DNA from: Thecamonas trahens ATCC 50062
Taxonomy: Eukaryota; Protista; Apusomonadida
Length of the DNA: 64,000 bases
Assembly: GCF_000142905.1 (NCBI RefSeq)
Contig: NW_013657669.1
Location: 310,001 to 374,000, forward strand
Direction of reading: 5' to 3'
Shown: piece after piece, positions 58,626 through 64,000 of the stretch
How positions within the stretch are numbered: position 1 is the first letter of the stretch
How the letters are laid out: each line of letters opens with the position of its first letter
Position numbers and translations under genes: made by a program
The notes under the pieces: generated by a model
Databases searched by the model: none
What the model saw: only the letters and a program-made list of their open reading frames with translations
Told to the model about the DNA's origin: nothing

Positions 58626-59502
58626 GGGTGGTGACCGAGCCAAAGACGTTGACCACGCCCACGTCAGCGTGGACAGGCTGTGCCTCGTCGGTCCGGGCCG
58701 CCGAGCCACGCTCGGCTTCCCACTCGTAGCGGGCGACAGCGAGTGAGTCAAACCGCCCGCTGCATGCCGCGCGAACGAGCGCTCCATACTCGATCACCAA
58801 GTCTGCGCCGACAAGCGCCCGGCAGACCGGGCAAGTCAGTTCCTCGGCAGACGTTGAAAGCCAGTCGGCAAAGGAGCTTGGCTCAAACAGCGCCACATCC
58901 ATGGCGGCGCAGAACGGCCGCGCCTCTGGCCCATGCGCTGCATAGTTGGCCAGGCACGCTGCGTGAAAGGTGTGCCAGCAGGCGGCCTTGGCGATGCCGA
59001 GCGCCGTCGCATCAGGCGCAATGGGCTCAAGATCGACGTCGTCAAAGGCGCATAGGCAGATCGGGCAGACGCCAAACGGGAGTGAGTGCTCGGCCAGCTC
59101 CTCCTTGGCCATCTCGACAAGCCGAAAGACGACCGGCAGACCCTCGAGCTCATCGGCCACAACCTCTTGCAGCTGGCAGAGCAGAGCGGCGGCGACACTG
59201 TCGTCGACACCGCGGAGCTCGCCAAAAGCAACCTGCGCCTGCCCGGCCTCAGGGTACCCGTGCGGGAGAGCGAGCTCGAGCCCGACTCGCACAAACACCC
59301 TCCGCGCGTCCATGCCCGACGGCGGGGTGATGGTGCAGAGGTAGCGGGCGGTGGCCCCGTCGCTCGCCGCCCACGCTACCCGCACCTCGCTCGGCGGGTA
59401 GATGGCCAGCACCGCCTCCATCTCGTCAGCCGCCTCCTCGCCGTATATCTCGCGCATCCGCTCTACTGCTCCTTCGTCGTCGTGGTCTGTATCATGGCTC
59501 AT
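58378..59502 (-). CDS. RNF25: RWD + RING-H2 E3 ubiquitin ligase (RNF25/AO7-like)
   Basis: RWD motifs DEMEAVLAIYP and LPHGYP; RING CPICL...CWHTFHAACL...CPVCR; RG-rich tail. Confidence 0.8.
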   Translation of the reverse strand: MSHDTDHDDEGAVERMREIYGEEAADEMEAVLAIYPPSEVRVAWAASDGATARYLCTITPPSGMDARRVFVRVGLELALPHGYPEAGQAQVAFGELRGVDDSVAAALLCQLQEVVADELEGLPVVFRLVEMAKEELAEHSLPFGVCPICLCAFDDVDLEPIAPDATALGIAKAACWHTFHAACLANYAAHGPEARPFCAAMDVALFEPSSFADWLSTSAEELTCPVCRALVGADLVIEYGALVRAACSGRFDSLAVARYEWEAERGSAARTDEAQPVHADVGVVNVFGSVTTLNATSVAEAVAETAAEPANSSVRAERDGGRSRDERRGRGRRDKKGGRGRGRRRGRGRGRGRGRRRGGGRGRGREQRGASGSS

Positions 59503-59674
59503 CTGGCTATCCCTTGGCGTCTGCGAGCTCGAGTCGAGTGGCTTGTGGTCAGCCCCGGCCGCACTTTGACGGTGTTGCTGGTTGGACCTGGATCGTTTAT
59601 GCCACGCAACCATGCCGAGTATTGCTTGCACGTACCAGTTCAAAAGCAACTGCGTCGTACCGCTACGAGTCGCG

Positions 59675-62600
59675 CTACATGTCGGAGAACGAGTAGTATC
59701 CGTACGAGTCGGTAAACTCGTCCGACGAGATGATCGGCGGGTGCGGGTCCGGTGCGGCGCCGACGGCAAAGGCGTCGTCGTCGCCGCCACTCAGCTGCGG
59801 CACCACGTCGCCTTCCCAAACCTCGGCCGACGGCTCGGCGTCCGAGTAGTACGAGCCATAGACCGAGGCCGACTCGACGGGGATGGGCGGCTCGGCATCG
59901 GGCGGGAGGACAGCCTCCAGCGAGGCTGCGGCGTCGTCGTCGAGCGACTGCAGGATGGAAATCTTGCCCTCAGCGAGAGCGCGGAGAACGCGTGCGGTGT
60001 TGCGGCCGGTGCCCTTGACAAGCTCATAGAAGAGGCCACGCTGCTTGTTGAGCAGCCGCAGCGGCGAGTCAAACTGCGCTGCCACGCCGTTGTCCATGAC
60101 CAGGATCTTGTCCGAGTCCATGATGGTATGGAGGCGATGCGCAATGGTGAGAGTTGTGATGTCGTCGGTGAACGCGCGCCGGATGGACGACTGGATGAGC
60201 TGGTCCGTCTCGGTGTCGACCGACGCCGTCGCCTCGTCGAGCACAATAATCTTGGCCTTGCGGAGCAGCGCCCGTGCCATGCACAGCAGCTGCCGCTGGC
60301 CAACCGAAAAGTTGGCGCCCTCCTCTTCGACCATGGCCGCGAGTCCGCCCATGTCGACCACGGCCTGCTTCATGTACGCCTGCTCGAGCGCGTACCAGAC
60401 TTCGTCGTCGCTGGCGGCATCAAACGGGTCGAGGTTGGCCCGAACGGTGCCGAGGAACAGCACCGGATCCTGCGGAATAATCGCCATCTGCTTGCGCAGC
60501 TGCTTGAGGCCGATTCCCGCAATGTCGACGCCGTCGATGACGACCGAGCCAGCCGAGAGCTCCACAAGCCGGAACAGGGCCTGGATGGTGGTCGACTTGC
60601 CGGAACCGGTCCGCCCCACAATGCCGATCTTCTCGCCCGCCTTGACCTTGAACGAGAGGCCCTTGAGCACTGGGTCGAGCTCCGGCCGGTACCGAAGCTC
60701 CACGTTCTTGAACTCGATCGCGCCGGTCCGTGGCCAGCCGCGCGGTGGGCCAGGCTCGACTTCGGCGGCGGCCTCCTGCGGGAGCCGCGTGTACTCGTCG
60801 ATCCGCTCGACCGAGTTCATGTTGGCCTCGGACATGGCGAGCATTTGCAGCGAGAACGAGAGGTACTTGGAGAGATTGACCGCATACGCAAGCGCCACGC
60901 CGGCCAGGCCCGGCGAGACCAGCGAGTCGTTCGAGACCATAGCCACCGCCAGAATGGTGACCACAAACGTGCCCAGCATCTCCAGCCGGAACGCGAGCCA
61001 CCGCACAGCGCAGGCCTGCGCCCAGAACCAAGCGTGGTTGGTGTCGATCCGCCGCGCAGACTCGGCCTGGAACTGCGTCACCGCGCCGTAGGCCCGGATC
61101 GACGCCACTCCGGTGAGCGACTCGGAAAAGTGTGCATAAACCGGTGAGCGTGTGGTCGAGTCAAGCCGCTTGAGGTCGCGCGACGACGGCCGGTAGAAGC
61201 CCTGCACAAAGTAATAGACCACAAGCACTGGGACCAGCGGAATGATAAAGTACAGCGAGGCTGACAGCAGCAAGACCATAATCGCCACTGTCTGAAAGAC
61301 CATCGTGCCGAGGAGCGCGAGCGAAAACAGAAGCATCTGGTCGATCGAGTAAAAGTCCTTAGAGAACCGGTTCTGGATCCGACCCATCGGCGTGGTATCA
61401 AAGAACGACATCGGGGCGCGAAGGACCCGACCAAACACGCCCTCAAACAGCTTGCGCGAGGCCTTGATCGAGACCACCATGTTCATGATCTTGAGAATGG
61501 CGACAAGAATCGAACCCGCAACGCCGATGGCGGCGTAGATGCCCAAATAGAACGTCTGTGACTGCTTGAACTCATCGTCGGACCAGAGCGCGAGCCACGC
61601 GTCAGCGCCGACAAGGAACGTCGACTGCAGCGCGGTGAGGCTGATCATGAGCGCCACAAACGGCAGGCCGCCGGCAGCGGTGGCATACGCGCGGAGGACA
61701 CTCCATGAAATTGAGCCCTTGGACCGCCCCTCCTCCTTGACCAGCTTGCCCTTGACGGCGTCGTCGGTGCGGTTGTGGACTCGCGGCGCGTTGCCGTCCG
61801 AGTCGGCAAACATGGCGCCCTCGAGCTCGACCGACGAGTTGAGCTCGAGACTCGAGCCGCGGAGCGAGGTCCGCGACACCTCGCCGGTGGTCCCAAGACT
61901 CTGGGTCGAGAGCCCGGGCGTCGGCGTCGGCGACGGTGACGGCAGGTTGGCCTCGTCGTCCGGGTGGGTGATGGCCGCAATGTCGAGGCCCGAGACTGCG
62001 AGCTCGTCGTGAGTGCCGGCAAACGCTATGGTGCCGCTGTCCATGACATAGATACGGTCGGCAGCGTCGAGAAACTGGAGCTGGTGAGTGACGAGGACCC
62101 GAGTCTTCGACTGCATGGCACCGTTGATGCAGAGCTCAAACAGGTGGGTCCCGACGTGGACGTCAACCGCCGACAGCGGGTCGTCCAGAAGAATGAGATC
62201 GCGGTCGGCGTAGAGCGCGCGCGCAATTGAGACTCGCTGCTTCTGCCCGCCTGACAGGTTGATGCCGCGCTCACCGATCTCGGTCTGGTCACCGCCAGGC
62301 AGGACCTCGAGGTCGGCCTCGAGCGCCGCAGCCTTGATGGCCGCCTTGTAGCGGGCGCTGTCAAACTCGGCGCCAAAAACATGTTGTCGCGGACCGTGGC
62401 GTTGACAATCCAGGCCTCCTGTGGAACGTAAGCAACAGTGCCGTCGCGAGTCACCCGCCCAGAGACCTTCTGCACCTCGCCCAGAATAGCCGAGAGCAGG
62501 GTCGACTTGCCAGAGCCGACCGGCCCAATGATCATGACCAGCTCGCCCTCCTCGACGAAAAAGTTGATGTCCGAGAGATGATTCGGCGGCGGATCAGCGG

Positions 62601-63890
62601 TGACTGGCGCGGCTGAGGCGTCGTCGTCTGCTCCGCCCTTGCGCTTCCGCTTGCCTCTCTTGCGCTTGCTCGAGGACTTGGCTTCCGGCGCGGGCTCGGG
62701 CTCGCTGCTGTCATCCATTCGGGAGGCGCCCCAGGTAAATGTGCCCTCCTCGATGGAAATGGACGGCGGAGCGTTGGGCTCGTCCGAGGTCGGCACCTCC
62801 TCCCGCTCTTCGAGGAGCAAGTGGGCCTGGACTCGGCGGAGCGAGATGATAGCGTCGATGGCCTGGGTGATGACCATGGGCATTTGCCCGATGGGGAAGC
62901 GGAGAATGGCAAAGAGGGCAACAGCCGGGAAGACCACCTTGGCGTCGAGCGAGTTGCCGGCGGCGGCGTAGACGGTAAAGGTGACGACCGAGACCGCAGT
63001 CGGGGCAAAGGCCATGGTGAAGCCAATGACAGCGCGGTAGAGTTGCGACTTGCGGATGTGCTCGAGCTCGCGGGCTCGAGCGGCGAGGACCTTGCTCATG
63101 AACGAGTCCTCCCAGGCGTAGAACTTGACGACGCGGATGCCGACCAGGATCTCACCAATGAGCTTGACGCGCTCATCGGTCTGGGCCTGAATGAGCTTGG
63201 AGATGCGACCGATGGCCTTGCCGGCCGAGCCTTGAGCCGGGACGAGGAGGACCATGACCAGGAGGCCGGCGAGCGCAGACGGGCCCAAAAGCCGGATGAG
63301 GAGGGCCATGGCAACCACAATGAGGATGGGCCCAGCCCACATGAGGTGGAACTGGTCCATCATAACCCGAATACGCTCAGCATCGGACGAGATGATGTTG
63401 ACGATCTTGCCCGAGTCGGCGTCGGGTGAGGCGTGCGGCGCCATGACCAGCGACTTGGAGAAGACCGAGTTGATGATGATGGCCCGCAGCCGCATGCCCA
63501 GCCGCTGCATGCGGTTCATGTGGTGCTGGAACGCGATCGAGTACCCGAGCTGGGTACAGATGAGCAGGAAGATGTAGAAGATGCCCAAGCCGACCGACGG
63601 CTGCTCGCTCGGCGGCTTGCTGTTGCGGTCCTGGAGCCAGCCGATGATGGCGCCGAGGACCATGGGTCCGGCAACCTGCGAGCCGTCCTGTAACGCCTTG
63701 ATCAAACCAGTGGTCACCACCCACCAGCCAAAGACCCGTCGGAGCGTCCGCAGCAGCGATGCCTTCTCGCCGCTCTCCTCCTTCTCGGCCTCCCACTCGG
63801 CGCTAAACTGGCTCATCAGCGGGAGGCAAGCGTCGCGCTCCCGCAGACCAGTCACGTCCGTCGGCACCAGCGCTCGCTTCCGACCGCGGC
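59675..63890 (-). CDS. ABCC/MRP-family ABC transporter; -1 frameshift at ~62375-62379; 5' exon(s) extend beyond the window
   Basis: TMD1; NBD1 GPVGSGKS, then after the shift EIGERGINLSGGQKQR and LDDPLSAVD; TMD2 FFDTTPMGRI; NBD2 VGRTGSGKS, NFSVGQRQLLCMARALL, LDEATASVD and IAHRL. Acceptor ...ACCAG at ~63890 preceded by a C-rich intron. Confidence 0.95.
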
Positions 63891-64000
63891 TGGTGTTTGG
63901 GGCGAGGGGAAGGTGTGAGTAGTAGTGGGGAGGGGGTGGAGGAGGGGGGGGGGAGGGGGGGGGGGGGGAGGTACGCTGGACTTGGCGTGATGATGGCGCT

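Noticed and set aside
63971-64000. Exact donor site of the ABCC upstream exon (possibly a non-canonical GC donor)
   Set aside because: Too little sequence at the window edge to choose between GT and GC candidates.

Overview
This is a gene-dense, very GC-rich eukaryotic genomic window with few short GT-AG introns, C/CA-rich 5' leaders and four assembly gaps. It comes from a flagellated protist (DNAAF5, IFT22 and a DNAAF8-like gene are present). The mix of animal-like genes (STX17-type SNARE, PCAF-type GCN5, PA28) with a PAS/histidine-kinase-like gene suggests an apusomonad such as Thecamonas; this is inference, not verified. About 28 protein-coding genes alternate between strands, and there is a piggyBac remnant. 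No rRNA, tRNA or CRISPR was recognised. The most notable observations are: (1) an IRE1/RNase L-type protein with a dead kinase but an apparently intact KEN ribonuclease site and no luminal or ankyrin sensor; (2) a >1800-aa membrane PAS sensor missing from the ORF track, whose histidine-kinase core has His->Tyr in the H-box and degenerate ATP boxes; (3) a BCS1-SAM fusion; (4) a syntaxin-17 with Asp at the SNARE zero layer; (5) a tandem dead+active GT-A glycosyltransferase; (6) a duplicated unusual Zn-finger module; (7) several genes interrupted by single-base (-1) frameshifts. All family assignments come from motif recognition by eye, with no database search.
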